From a virus: 64,000 nt of DNA. Location: positions 6,895-70,894 of the IMG/VR virus record IMGVR_UViG_3300032132_000248; one strand, written 5' to 3'. The position numbers and the translations under genes were made by a program. Positions 37,681-47,340 of this stretch are shown here, piece after piece (within the stretch, counting starts at the first letter, position 1; each line of letters starts with the position of its first letter). The notes under the pieces are model-generated. The model was not told the DNA's origin. It saw only the letters and a program-made list of their open reading frames with translations, and made no database searches.

Positions 37681-38201
37681 CTATTGTCTCTCCAATTTAA
37701 TATAGGGTTTTTTATAGGCCACTCTATACCAATTCTTTCATCATTCCACTTCAACACATCTTGATCCATCCAATCTACATAATCATTTGGATATGATTGT
37801 GTATAATGAAATAAACATTCTTCACTTAAACACAAGTGAGCATTTAAAAATTCTGGTGGAACTAAAACACTTAAATGATTTCTTTCTGATATAATAAAAC
37901 TATCCCACTTTAAATAATTTTCGGATTCTGGTCTGTTATCCACTACTACTAAATAAATCTCGCCCCACACACAACTAATATTTTTCCAAGTCACATTATC
38001 TCCGTGTAATCCACGAAGAACATTTTTTCTTGAACGAGTAAATTTAGATATTTTCCATTCGTTTCCTTCTGGTAATATCTCATTTTCCTTTTCCCAAAAA
38101 GTCCACATCTCACCTCTATAATCAAAAAAGGGATCGGGTTTTAATATCTTCACTTCAGGTAATACCTCTGAAGTTTTTATTTCTACTTTAAAATTACTCA
38201 T
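37677..38201 (-). CDS. rmlC: dTDP-4-dehydrorhamnose 3,5-epimerase family (cupin)
   Basis: D.RG, SRKNVLRGLHG, VVVDNRPES, PP.F.NAH, WNDERIGIEWP. Confidence 0.85.
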   Translation of the reverse strand: MSNFKVEIKTSEVLPEVKILKPDPFFDYRGEMWTFWEKENEILPEGNEWKISKFTRSRKNVLRGLHGDNVTWKNISCVWGEIYLVVVDNRPESENYLKWDSFIISERNHLSVLVPPEFLNAHLCLSEECLFHYTQSYPNDYVDWMDQDVLKWNDERIGIEWPIKNPILNWRDNS

Positions 38202-39196
38202 AATACTTCCCCCCAATACTCTAACAAATCATCACATATTTCTTTCAACCCTTTAGTTGGTTTCCAACCCGTTTTTTCTCTAAACTTCGTACTATCAGGT
38301 ATTTGTAGTGTGATATCTGTTGGTCTAATTCTTTTTGGATCCGGTAATTTTATAAAAGACTCTGGATTTTTAGATTTAGAAATCAACATATCTAAAGCGT
38401 CACCAATAGTACAAGTTTCATCGCCCCCTATATTATAAACTTCACCATAATCACATTTATTTACTGCTAACCAATAGGCGTGAACAGCATCATCTATGTG
38501 ATTATATGTTCTAACTGAATCTAAATTACCATGATGTATTTCATACCAACTACCTTCTTTACCAAAATCTTTTTTCTTTTCATATTGAACAATTTGGTGT
38601 GCAAATGAAGATAGTGCGAATCTCTTACCTCGTCTTTTACCTTCATGAGAAAACATACGAGTAATAATAACTTTCATATCAAATGCTTTATGATAATACT
38701 GAGATATTAAATCGTGTCCTACCTTTGATATTGAATATGGATTAGCTGGTCTAATATAATTATTTTCTGTAATTGGTATTTCATCTTCGGTTGGATTACC
38801 ATAAACTTCTGAAGATGAACAACTCAATATAATAGGATTACATAACTTTCTCTCCTTTGCTAAACGTAATTCTTCTAATATATTTGTAGTTCCTATAATA
38901 TTTGTTGTTAGGGTACTAACTGGTGTAAGAAAACTTGATTCTGGAAAACTTTGAGCAGCAAAATGATAAACTATATCTGGTTTAGATATTTTTATCATTC
39001 TAGCAATACTACCTCTATCTAATAAATCACATTCTTCTAATATAACTCTATCATCACCAAATAAATGTTTAATATTATCTTCTTTACTTCTCCACCTTCG
39101 AGTGGCAAAGATTTCTACATCTGGAACATTTTTTAATAAATAGTCAGCCATATGACTGCCGACAAAACCTGTTATTCCTGTTATTAAAACTCTCAT
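38198..39196 (-). CDS. gmd: GDP-mannose 4,6-dehydratase
   Basis: ITGITGFVGSH, HFAAQS, SSSEVYG, PYSISK, FSHEG.RRG, GNLDSVR. Confidence 0.8.
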   Translation of the reverse strand: MRVLITGITGFVGSHMADYLLKNVPDVEIFATRRWRSKEDNIKHLFGDDRVILEECDLLDRGSIARMIKISKPDIVYHFAAQSFPESSFLTPVSTLTTNIIGTTNILEELRLAKERKLCNPIILSCSSSEVYGNPTEDEIPITENNYIRPANPYSISKVGHDLISQYYHKAFDMKVIITRMFSHEGKRRGKRFALSSFAHQIVQYEKKKDFGKEGSWYEIHHGNLDSVRTYNHIDDAVHAYWLAVNKCDYGEVYNIGGDETCTIGDALDMLISKSKNPESFIKLPDPKRIRPTDITLQIPDSTKFREKTGWKPTKGLKEICDDLLEYWGEVL

Positions 39197-39900
39197 CTAT
39201 ATTTTTCCTTATAGAAAGAATATAACTTATCTGCCCATTCTATTTGAACTTCTGCGTTTGGATGATTACATTCCGTTACTCTATTTCCAGCACTACCCAA
39301 AAATGGTTCTTGATAAAAATAATCAAAATCAACTAACTTCGCAGTATTGGTAGTTTTAATTAATTTACCTTCAGGATCTCTAGCTCCTTCAAAAAAGATA
39401 TATTTAATATTGTTAATTTTAAAAAACGATTGTAATGATATTACATATCTACAAGTTATTTCTGATGCTGTTCTATTATCAGGAATATAATTAAAATTAA
39501 ATTTATCTTTATCTACTGAAGTATCTCTTTCGCTATGTTCCCATGCAGTATACCCATCGTGCCCAAATTGTGAACCAAACCAATGACTCTTATTTCCATA
39601 AAATGTGCTTAAAGTCTCAGTATCTAGCCAAGTTCTACTTACCCATATTTCATTTCTAACTGGATATGATAATTGTAATACAAAGAAAGTATCTTTTAAT
39701 TTATTTTGGTTTTCAGAAATCCAATCATACGTAGTCCTAAATATTCGTTGATTAGAACCACCACCTTCAGATTGATTAATATCTTCTGCACCAAACTTAT
39801 CGGCAAGAAATTTGGAATATCGTTCTTTTTCTGGATTATCTAAACCACAACCTTCGGTGTAACTACAACCATTACTATATACATATTTTATATTGTCCAT
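39193..39900 (-). CDS. SGNH-like protein (family B)
   Basis: NGCSYTEG, GGSNQRIFR, NHPN. Confidence 0.65.
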   Translation of the reverse strand: MDNIKYVYSNGCSYTEGCGLDNPEKERYSKFLADKFGAEDINQSEGGGSNQRIFRTTYDWISENQNKLKDTFFVLQLSYPVRNEIWVSRTWLDTETLSTFYGNKSHWFGSQFGHDGYTAWEHSERDTSVDKDKFNFNYIPDNRTASEITCRYVISLQSFFKINNIKYIFFEGARDPEGKLIKTTNTAKLVDFDYFYQEPFLGSAGNRVTECNHPNAEVQIEWADKLYSFYKEKYR

Positions 39901-40020
39901 AAAACTAAAAATCCTCTGGTTAAAGAGGACACTATTTCAAGTGCCTCCGTGTTTATAGTCATTTTATTGTGGTTGGTTAGGACTTTCAGGGTTGTTTACC
40001 CGAGTTAGTACCACATGACT
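39901..40020 (-). ncRNA. Structured 5' leader RNA (riboswitch/attenuator-like, family unidentified)
   Basis: GC-enriched 120-nt intergenic stretch with nested stems AGUCAU/AUGACU, GUGGU/ACCAC, GGGU/ACCC and two mutually exclusive hairpins involving the AGAGGA SD. Confidence 0.55.
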
Positions 40021-40025
40021 TCATA

Positions 40026-40034
40026 TATAAATAT
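40026..40034 (-). promoter_or_regulatory. Putative promoter motif ATATTTATA
   Basis: About 5 nt upstream of the structured leader. Confidence 0.45.
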
Positions 40035-40046
40035 CTCACTAATAAA

Positions 40047-41129
40047 TTACAAACATATTTCTTTTATTAAAATATCATCTATATCATTTATATACTTTTT
40101 TAAATGTAAAAAATTATGTACTAAAATATCTTTAAATTGCCAAAATATTCTATCCACTTCAGTGATAGGCATCTCACTAAACTTTTTTATTTCCTGAATA
40201 ACCATATCCATTCGTTTTTCACTATCTCGTTCGCTATCATAATCTTCATTTATTATTGGTGAAAAAGTTTTAAATCCATAGCTTTTTAAAGTTTTCAATG
40301 TTTCATATTGTCCTACTATTATAAAGGGCTTTAAACATGCAAATGATTTATATATTTTTTCATCTAAATATACACCCCTATTATCATATTTTGCCATAGT
40401 AACCACATCAATATATGAATTAAAATATAAAGGTAAATTTAGTAAAGTTGTTCCAAATTCATTACCAAAATCTAAATGCATAGGTAACATTTCTTTAGGT
40501 AATAAAAGAGAATCATATACATGCAACATCTCTTCTTCTATAACTGTAAGATTAAATCTATTATTTTCAACAGTAAACCAAGATAGAAATGAAATATTAA
40601 AATAGTCTAATAAATTATTTTCATAAAGTTTATTTACATAATTTATTCTATGGGGTTTTGGAGTTCCATTAAATGATAAAAAATGTTTAAGTCTACCCCA
40701 TTTTTCACTCTTCTTAAATAATCCCATAATTAATTTTCTATCATTTTGTTGCTGTTCTAATACAGGATCTGCCATTGAATAATTATTCAAAATTTTAAAA
40801 GGATAATCATTTTTAATATTCATATCTGGAGTAATTTTTATAATATCTTCACCTATCTGATGTAATTGAATAATTCTTCCATCATAATAATCATCAAACG
40901 TGCTGTGATCAAGAAACCACACAACTAATTTATAATTTTTACCAACTACCGAATCAATAACTTCAAACACATCATCATTATCATGTGGTACAGGTATAAA
41001 AAAAATATGAGTTTCTTTATTAATATTTTCTTTTAATAACTTCTCAGTACAAATTCTATTTGTCCACATATGAGTATGATATTCTTCATCTGGTTTATTA
41101 TTCCAATAAAATATAATTTTATTCTCCAT
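40047..41129 (-). CDS. Putative GT10-like glycosyltransferase (family A)
   Basis: SFNGTPKPHR, SYIDVVT, LDEKIYKSF...PFIIVG, GFKTFSP.INEDYD. Confidence 0.5.
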   Translation of the reverse strand: MENKIIFYWNNKPDEEYHTHMWTNRICTEKLLKENINKETHIFFIPVPHDNDDVFEVIDSVVGKNYKLVVWFLDHSTFDDYYDGRIIQLHQIGEDIIKITPDMNIKNDYPFKILNNYSMADPVLEQQQNDRKLIMGLFKKSEKWGRLKHFLSFNGTPKPHRINYVNKLYENNLLDYFNISFLSWFTVENNRFNLTVIEEEMLHVYDSLLLPKEMLPMHLDFGNEFGTTLLNLPLYFNSYIDVVTMAKYDNRGVYLDEKIYKSFACLKPFIIVGQYETLKTLKSYGFKTFSPIINEDYDSERDSEKRMDMVIQEIKKFSEMPITEVDRIFWQFKDILVHNFLHLKKYINDIDDILIKEICL

Positions 41130-41646
41130 TGAATATAACTCCATATAATTGTAATAATTCTATTTTATGTTTTTTACAAGTTTTTTTAACTCTATCTATC
41201 AAATAAGTGTATAATGAAACATCATTTTTAATATCCGTATATAAATCCTCTGAATCTAACATTATATGTTTGATACGATTTGTTTTTAATAAATCGTTTA
41301 GATTTAACACACCATTGAGTGTTTCTATTTTTGGTACAAACTGGACATGACTTGGTATAATATCACAAATCATATTGACCTCTGATACATCCTCGATGTT
41401 AGATAGAGCAAAATATTTAATATTTTTATATTGATTCATAACTTTCAACGCATCATTAATATTCAAAGTTGGGATAGGTGGTTTAGTTCTACCTTTAGGA
41501 TAATCAAGAAATATATCATAATCAATTTTGAGGAACTTTTTCAACTCTGATATATCTTTTACATGGGCCATATTGATTCTAATGACTACACCTTCTACTT
41601 TTTCAAATTCTTGTAGAGTCAATAAGTGGTTTGATAATAAAATCAT
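41119..41646 (-). CDS. Pyruvate kinase/HpcH-HpaI aldolase-like barrel (short)
   Basis: IRINMAH, LDYPKGRTK, VPKIETLNGVLNL, DSEDL. Confidence 0.55.
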   Translation of the reverse strand: MILLSNHLLTLQEFEKVEGVVIRINMAHVKDISELKKFLKIDYDIFLDYPKGRTKPPIPTLNINDALKVMNQYKNIKYFALSNIEDVSEVNMICDIIPSHVQFVPKIETLNGVLNLNDLLKTNRIKHIMLDSEDLYTDIKNDVSLYTYLIDRVKKTCKKHKIELLQLYGVIFNGE

Positions 41647-41667
41647 TTTTCTGTTCCTAATTTTTTG

Positions 41668-42438
41668 TCATGGTAAGTTCTTAAAAGAAAAGTTATTGTA
41701 ATTTTGTAAATCTTCGGTATAATCAATACCAAATTTTTTCAAGTCATCGGTTATTGGTAAACTCAGATTCCAAATTTCTTGATTGAAAACCAATTCACTT
41801 TTTTTATTTTTTTGTTTTTGAATTCTATTATAAAAAACATCATCATATTTTTCGTACCATTTAAATTTAATATCTAAATATTTTTTGAAGAAAAATGTCA
41901 ATTCTTCTTTTAAAACATTCTTTGGTAAACAAGAAAGTAAATCAGTAGGGAACGGTATAATTTTTTTACCATCGATTGAAGAATATAATCTATTTAACAT
42001 ATTAATAACGCATTCTCTTCTTTCGCGGTCAGTACGTATATAATAATCATCATTATATTGTCTTAATAATGACAAGTAAGGATGTCTAAGGGGAACAAGT
42101 ATTATAAAATTAGATGGTGGATTATCCAATAAATCATATACCCATTGTTTATCAACTAACTGATCAATATGTGTCTTATAAATCTGATATTCTGTATCAA
42201 CTGGTATATTTATTAAATCTATAAATTGTTCTTCAATTACATTCCCTGGATTACCAATATATTGATATGGTTTTATATTATCGTAATCATGGTATATAGT
42301 AATTTCTTCATATAAAGGTTCATCGCATTTCATATCACTGTCTTTAAACTTAATAAATAATTCTAACGCAGAATTTGAAGCCGTTTTTCCCAAAGAAGGT
42401 TGAAAAATCACTTTATGTTTTGTATCAAATCTATTCAA
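41668..42438 (-). CDS. Putative sulfotransferase-fold protein
   Basis: LGKTASNS (5'-PSB-like), PLRHPYLSLLRQY (3'-PB-like). Confidence 0.4.
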   Translation of the reverse strand: MNRFDTKHKVIFQPSLGKTASNSALELFIKFKDSDMKCDEPLYEEITIYHDYDNIKPYQYIGNPGNVIEEQFIDLINIPVDTEYQIYKTHIDQLVDKQWVYDLLDNPPSNFIILVPLRHPYLSLLRQYNDDYYIRTDRERRECVINMLNRLYSSIDGKKIIPFPTDLLSCLPKNVLKEELTFFFKKYLDIKFKWYEKYDDVFYNRIQKQKNKKSELVFNQEIWNLSLPITDDLKKFGIDYTEDLQNYNNFSFKNLP

Positions 42439-42502
42439 CTATTATCTCCAACTGGTTTTTCATCAAATACTTTCTTTATATATTCAAGTTCTTCTTTTCT
42501 AA

Positions 42503-43171
42503 TCATTTTAAAAAATTATGTTTTATTTTATCATATAAAAGTTCACTAACGTTCCGTTTAGATTTTGGTCCTGGATGATCATCACCAATTGAAATCTTAT
42601 CTATTTGTAGATATTCGCTAGGTGTATATGAATTGGTATAGTTATGATAAGGTTTATCAAAATAAAATTTATTACAATCTAATAATTTTTTATGTTTTTT
42701 AATTTCAGATAAAACCTTACTGTCAGCAAAAAAGTGATAATTATTTATGTTTAAATTCTCCAAGATATTATGAAGTCCTATAACATAATTTACAGCAGTA
42801 GTCGTAAATAGTTCATGGCCAGTTGAATTTTTATCACCAATGTTAAATAAATCCCAAAGATAGGGATGATCTTCCCAGGTAATAAATTTATATCTACCAT
42901 CGGAAAAATATTCTCTTCTCGGTTCAAATGACCAACAAATTATTACCATCAAGTCTTTATAATATTTAACATTTAAATTTTCTAAATATTCTATTGTTGT
43001 TCTATAAATTCTATCATTACCACCACCACCATATGCTAAATTTGTATAACTATCTAATACTCCAAGTTTTCTTGCTAATAACGTCCCCCAATTATCTATA
43101 GGAGGTTCGTCCTTCATAGTCACGCTCTCAACAGTAAAACTACAACCATTTACTAATAGTTTTTTAACCAC
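42503..43171 (-). CDS. SGNH-like protein (family B)
   Basis: GTG start at 43171 after a GGAGG RBS; NGCSFT, GGGNDRIYR, DDHPG. Confidence 0.65.
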   Translation of the reverse strand: MVKKLLVNGCSFTVESVTMKDEPPIDNWGTLLARKLGVLDSYTNLAYGGGGNDRIYRTTIEYLENLNVKYYKDLMVIICWSFEPRREYFSDGRYKFITWEDHPYLWDLFNIGDKNSTGHELFTTTAVNYVIGLHNILENLNINNYHFFADSKVLSEIKKHKKLLDCNKFYFDKPYHNYTNSYTPSEYLQIDKISIGDDHPGPKSKRNVSELLYDKIKHNFLK

Positions 43172-44495
43172 CCATAACCTCCGAAATTTCATTCCATATA
43201 TTTTTATGATCTTGCATTTTATAATTTGCAAAATGATTTTGGTTGTGTATAAGTATATCTTCCATTTCATAATACCATTTATGTATTTCTTCTTTTGACA
43301 TACTACATAATCTTTTAACTTCATCCAATATCATAAAAAGTCTTTTATCATTATCAACTTCGTTATCATAAGACTCATCAATCCAGGGACTAAATGTTTT
43401 AAATCCTATCTCTTTCAACTTATCAAGAAAAAATGGATTAGATACTATTATAAATGGAACTAAATTACTAATAGGTTTAAATATTTTCTCACTCATATAA
43501 ATACAATCTTCATAATAGCAACTTTCTGTAACTATATTAAAATAAATTCTTTTGTATTGATGTGAAAAATTAGACCATTGACCTACCATTCCACCAATGA
43601 TCTCGCCTTCCTTATCATATATCCAATTTGCATCTATATCACCATCAGCATCAATAGGATATAATGGTTTAATCTTTTTTACTGCATCACTGACTATCTC
43701 ATTCTGTTTTTTATCTTCTATAAAATCACTAATTTTATTTGGCCAGACGCCACCAAAAGCACTATCTACTTTTTCTGCTCCAAGACTTATGATTCCCTTA
43801 TCATCTAATCCCATTTCATAAATCATTGCAATTAACGCCAATCTATATTCTCTGATTACTCTATTATAAGATAAAAAATACTTTTCCCTTATAGTATCTC
43901 TCATGTCATCTAAATCTTTTTTACTAACGAATGATTGTTTATATGGTTGAACTTTATCTATTCTTTTATCATAATTATTTGTCAGAACAAGATTATATAT
44001 TTCATTACTACCTTCCAACATATGATTTGCTTCTAAAATATGTATTTTTTCTTTTGTTAATGTTGGCATCTTATCACAAAAAGTTTTATATTGTTTTTTA
44101 CCATTTAGATTACTTGCCGCGAATAAAACTTTATTTGCAGGTATTTTACGTTTAAATAATTCATTATGCAATTCTTTATAATTTCTGCGCGTAACATGAC
44201 CTTCTTGTATATAACTTATCAAAATATATCCATTTTTGTTTCTAACTAAATCTACTATCCTTTCATTAGTAAAATCCAAAAAAGTTTTTTCATCACCTTC
44301 ATCATACAACCCAAGATATGCGTTTAGCCCAATACAACTTATAGGTAAGATAAATTGAATATCATCGTTTAAATCTGAAAAATTTATTTCATTTAATTTA
44401 AAATTAGCATCTGGTTTCAAAGGTCCCAAATCATTTTCATATGCATATCCTTTTTCATGTCTGACTTCACCTAATAAAATATTAATTTGTCTCAT
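43164..44495 (-). CDS. Putative GT10-like glycosyltransferase (family A)
   Basis: SYNRVIREYR, YFNIVTES, MSEKIFKPI, GFKTFSPWIDESYD. Confidence 0.5.
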   Translation of the reverse strand: MRQINILLGEVRHEKGYAYENDLGPLKPDANFKLNEINFSDLNDDIQFILPISCIGLNAYLGLYDEGDEKTFLDFTNERIVDLVRNKNGYILISYIQEGHVTRRNYKELHNELFKRKIPANKVLFAASNLNGKKQYKTFCDKMPTLTKEKIHILEANHMLEGSNEIYNLVLTNNYDKRIDKVQPYKQSFVSKKDLDDMRDTIREKYFLSYNRVIREYRLALIAMIYEMGLDDKGIISLGAEKVDSAFGGVWPNKISDFIEDKKQNEIVSDAVKKIKPLYPIDADGDIDANWIYDKEGEIIGGMVGQWSNFSHQYKRIYFNIVTESCYYEDCIYMSEKIFKPISNLVPFIIVSNPFFLDKLKEIGFKTFSPWIDESYDNEVDNDKRLFMILDEVKRLCSMSKEEIHKWYYEMEDILIHNQNHFANYKMQDHKNIWNEISEVMGG

Positions 44496-45853
44496 ATTTT
44501 ATTCCATCCATTTTCAAACATTTTCTGTAAATTATTATATTCTGAATTTATAAATTTTGGAAAATTATCAAAATTGTGCACTAAAATATCTTCCATTTCC
44601 CAATACCATTTATCTAATTCTTTTCTTGACATATTACAAAGTCTTAAAATTTCTTTATTAATAACCTTTTTTCTTTCTTCATAAGTTTCCAACTCATCAT
44701 AAGATTCATCAATAAAACCATCAAATGTTTTAAATCCCCACTCTCTCAATTTTTTTAAATTATTTTTAGTTGATATTAAAATAAATGGTTGAAACGATAT
44801 TATTGGTTTCCAAACTTTTTCAGTAATATGTATTTTTTGTGGACTAGTCCATTTATTTTTTTCAATATCATACCCTGGACCCCAACCACTTTCTGTCACT
44901 ATATTAAAATAGCTATTATAATACGGAATAACATTTAAATAATCTTGTAATCCATCTATTTTATAATCATAACTATTAGGAATTAAATCTTGTGCAATAT
45001 CAACCACTTCTTTTCCATATATTCTACTATAATCCATAATTGTACCATAATGGGGGGGTGATTGACGATTATATTTAGTAAAATCTAATTTATCAACTCC
45101 GTGTGCCTTTGGTTCGAGGCCACCAAACCACGTTGTAATTCCTTCTTCCAATAAATTATTTTTTATTAAAAACATTAATAAATCAACACGATTATCTTTT
45201 ATATTATTATTATGAGAACAATATTTAAATTGTCTATAATATCCCTTTGTATTATTAAATAATTTAGTTAATGTCAATATATCTACATCAGAAGTTTTAG
45301 CGAAATTATCAGGGCGATAAGTATATATAGCGTTTCTATTATGGTAAAAAATATCCACGCCTATATTATTTTTTACTTTCCACTTATCTTCATTTAAAAC
45401 TATTTCATGAAAAATAAACCCAAATCTATCTAATTCTATATTATATTCTTTTATTAAATTTTTAAAAGTTATCCAATAATTTTCTTTCCCATCTATACTT
45501 GATATTGTATTAAATTGCCACGGAACACAGTCCTGATGAAAAAATAAAATATAACATTTTTTGTTTCTCAATTCATCAATAATTCTTTCATAATTATTAA
45601 TTAAATTTCGAAATGAAGCGAACCCATCTTCCACATCAAAAAAAATAATATATTTATCAGATAAATCTTCCTTTAAATAATTAAGTCCGTTGAAAAAATC
45701 ATAAGACTCTAAAGATTTATCAACTTTAATATAATCTATAAGCCTATCATCCGTTTCAGAGATTTGTATATGTGCATTTCTTGGTAATTTTGATTTACCA
45801 AATTCACTATCATTTTGTTCAGTGAAGATATCACTTAAAAATAATACATCCAT
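44492..45853 (-). CDS. Putative GT10-like glycosyltransferase (family A; close paralog of 20189-21400)
   Basis: YFNIVTESGWGPGYD, ITEKVWKPIISFQPFILISTKNNL. Confidence 0.5.
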   Translation of the reverse strand: MDVLFLSDIFTEQNDSEFGKSKLPRNAHIQISETDDRLIDYIKVDKSLESYDFFNGLNYLKEDLSDKYIIFFDVEDGFASFRNLINNYERIIDELRNKKCYILFFHQDCVPWQFNTISSIDGKENYWITFKNLIKEYNIELDRFGFIFHEIVLNEDKWKVKNNIGVDIFYHNRNAIYTYRPDNFAKTSDVDILTLTKLFNNTKGYYRQFKYCSHNNNIKDNRVDLLMFLIKNNLLEEGITTWFGGLEPKAHGVDKLDFTKYNRQSPPHYGTIMDYSRIYGKEVVDIAQDLIPNSYDYKIDGLQDYLNVIPYYNSYFNIVTESGWGPGYDIEKNKWTSPQKIHITEKVWKPIISFQPFILISTKNNLKKLREWGFKTFDGFIDESYDELETYEERKKVINKEILRLCNMSRKELDKWYWEMEDILVHNFDNFPKFINSEYNNLQKMFENGWNKI

Positions 45854-47340
45854 TAAAAAACCTTAACATTATATTTCTTAGAAAATCCAACTCCATCAAG
45901 ATAACTATTCACTATTGGTTTACCCTTTACATTTAAACTAGTATTTAACACCATAGGACATCCCGTTTTCTCATAAAATTCCTTAATAAGTTTATAATAA
46001 CCTGGATTATCATCTTTACTAACTGTCTGAACTCGTGAAGTGTTATCTACATGACATATTGCAGGATACTTATCGGGTTCTTTACAGGGTGCTACAAACT
46101 GCATAAACTGAGACTTCTTAACTGGCATATCAAAGATATCATTAGCATATTCTTCTAGGACAGATGGAGCAAATGGTCTAAATTCTTGTCTATGTTTTAT
46201 TTCATTAACCTTATCTTTTATTTCTATTCCTCTTGGATCTGCTAATAAACTTCTATTACCTAGGGCTCTCGGTCCAAATTCTGCCCTACCGCTTGCCACA
46301 CCAACTATATTTCCTTGTAACAATTCATTTAATACTTTCTTTTTTGGATAACGACCTTGTATATTATAACCTGTAAATGGTGTAGTCCAATTTACGTGTT
46401 CGCCAAACACATAAGCTGCGCATCCTAGTGAGGAACCTGCATCGCCTGGATTTGGTAATATCCATAAGTTAGGATAATGGTCACGAGCTATAATTGAGTT
46501 TGCTACACAATTAAGTGCCACTCCGCCCATATAAACACAATTATTGGTTTCAGGAACTAATTGTTTTGTTAATTCAAATACCTTTACGATTTCTTCTTCA
46601 CATATTGCCTGAACATTTGCTGCTATATCAAATTTCCATTTTTCACTATCATCATCTGGATAATATTCTGGATTCCAACTTAAACAACCTCTATGTAAAT
46701 TATCTTTTAAATCAATAAGTTTATCACTATCTTTAAAGAAATCGTTTCGTATGTTCTGTTTTAATTCTTCATCAACCGTTCCCCAACCTGCCATTCCCAT
46801 AAGAATGTATTCATCCTCTTGTGGTTTCAATCCTAATCGTTGAGTCATCGCACTATACCACAATCCAAGTGATTTTGGATATTTTAGTGTATATCGTTTC
46901 TCAAAATGACTACCCCACGCATACCAAATACTACACGTCTCAAATTCTCCTATAGCATCTATAACTACAATAGCTGATTCTTCGTATGGACTTGTAAAAT
47001 AACCTGCTGCAGCGTGAGATTGGTGATGTTGGACATACTCTATTTCTGCATTACCAATATAATCTCGTAAATAATAAGATGGTAAATTATCACGTGAAAA
47101 TACTTCACCATATTGACCAGCCCGTAATTGTCTTGTTTTCTTTAACCATGGCCGTTCAAAATATACAATTTTATCTGGACTACCATATCTAAAACAATCT
47201 TTAAATAATCTTCTATTCAAATCAGAGTCATTCTTAATTCCACTATATCTTTCACTATGACCGGCAAATAAAATCTCACCATCTTGTATCATAGTTATAG
47301 CAGCGTCATGATTTAATGCGTTTATTCCTAATATTTTCAT
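45853..47340 (-). CDS. Carbamoyltransferase (NodU/CmcH/TobZ family)
   Basis: HDAA, HHQSHAA, DAIGE, SLGL.Y, GGVALNC, GDAGSSLG, EFGPRALGNRS, RPFAP, LNTSLN. Confidence 0.93.
   Translation of the reverse strand: MKILGINALNHDAAITMIQDGEILFAGHSERYSGIKNDSDLNRRLFKDCFRYGSPDKIVYFERPWLKKTRQLRAGQYGEVFSRDNLPSYYLRDYIGNAEIEYVQHHQSHAAAGYFTSPYEESAIVVIDAIGEFETCSIWYAWGSHFEKRYTLKYPKSLGLWYSAMTQRLGLKPQEDEYILMGMAGWGTVDEELKQNIRNDFFKDSDKLIDLKDNLHRGCLSWNPEYYPDDDSEKWKFDIAANVQAICEEEIVKVFELTKQLVPETNNCVYMGGVALNCVANSIIARDHYPNLWILPNPGDAGSSLGCAAYVFGEHVNWTTPFTGYNIQGRYPKKKVLNELLQGNIVGVASGRAEFGPRALGNRSLLADPRGIEIKDKVNEIKHRQEFRPFAPSVLEEYANDIFDMPVKKSQFMQFVAPCKEPDKYPAICHVDNTSRVQTVSKDDNPGYYKLIKEFYEKTGCPMVLNTSLNVKGKPIVNSYLDGVGFSKKYNVKVF

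Noticed and set aside
39901-40020. tRNA, hammerhead ribozyme or c-di-GMP-I riboswitch
   Set aside because: No cloverleaf or T-loop, no CUGANGA core, and only a superficial GGUAAAC/GAAA resemblance; left as an unidentified structured RNA.
42435-42506. 23-aa ORF MIRKEELEYIKKVFDEKPVGDNS
   Set aside because: It fills a gap with coupled start/stop codons but is too short to support; it may be a gene remnant.
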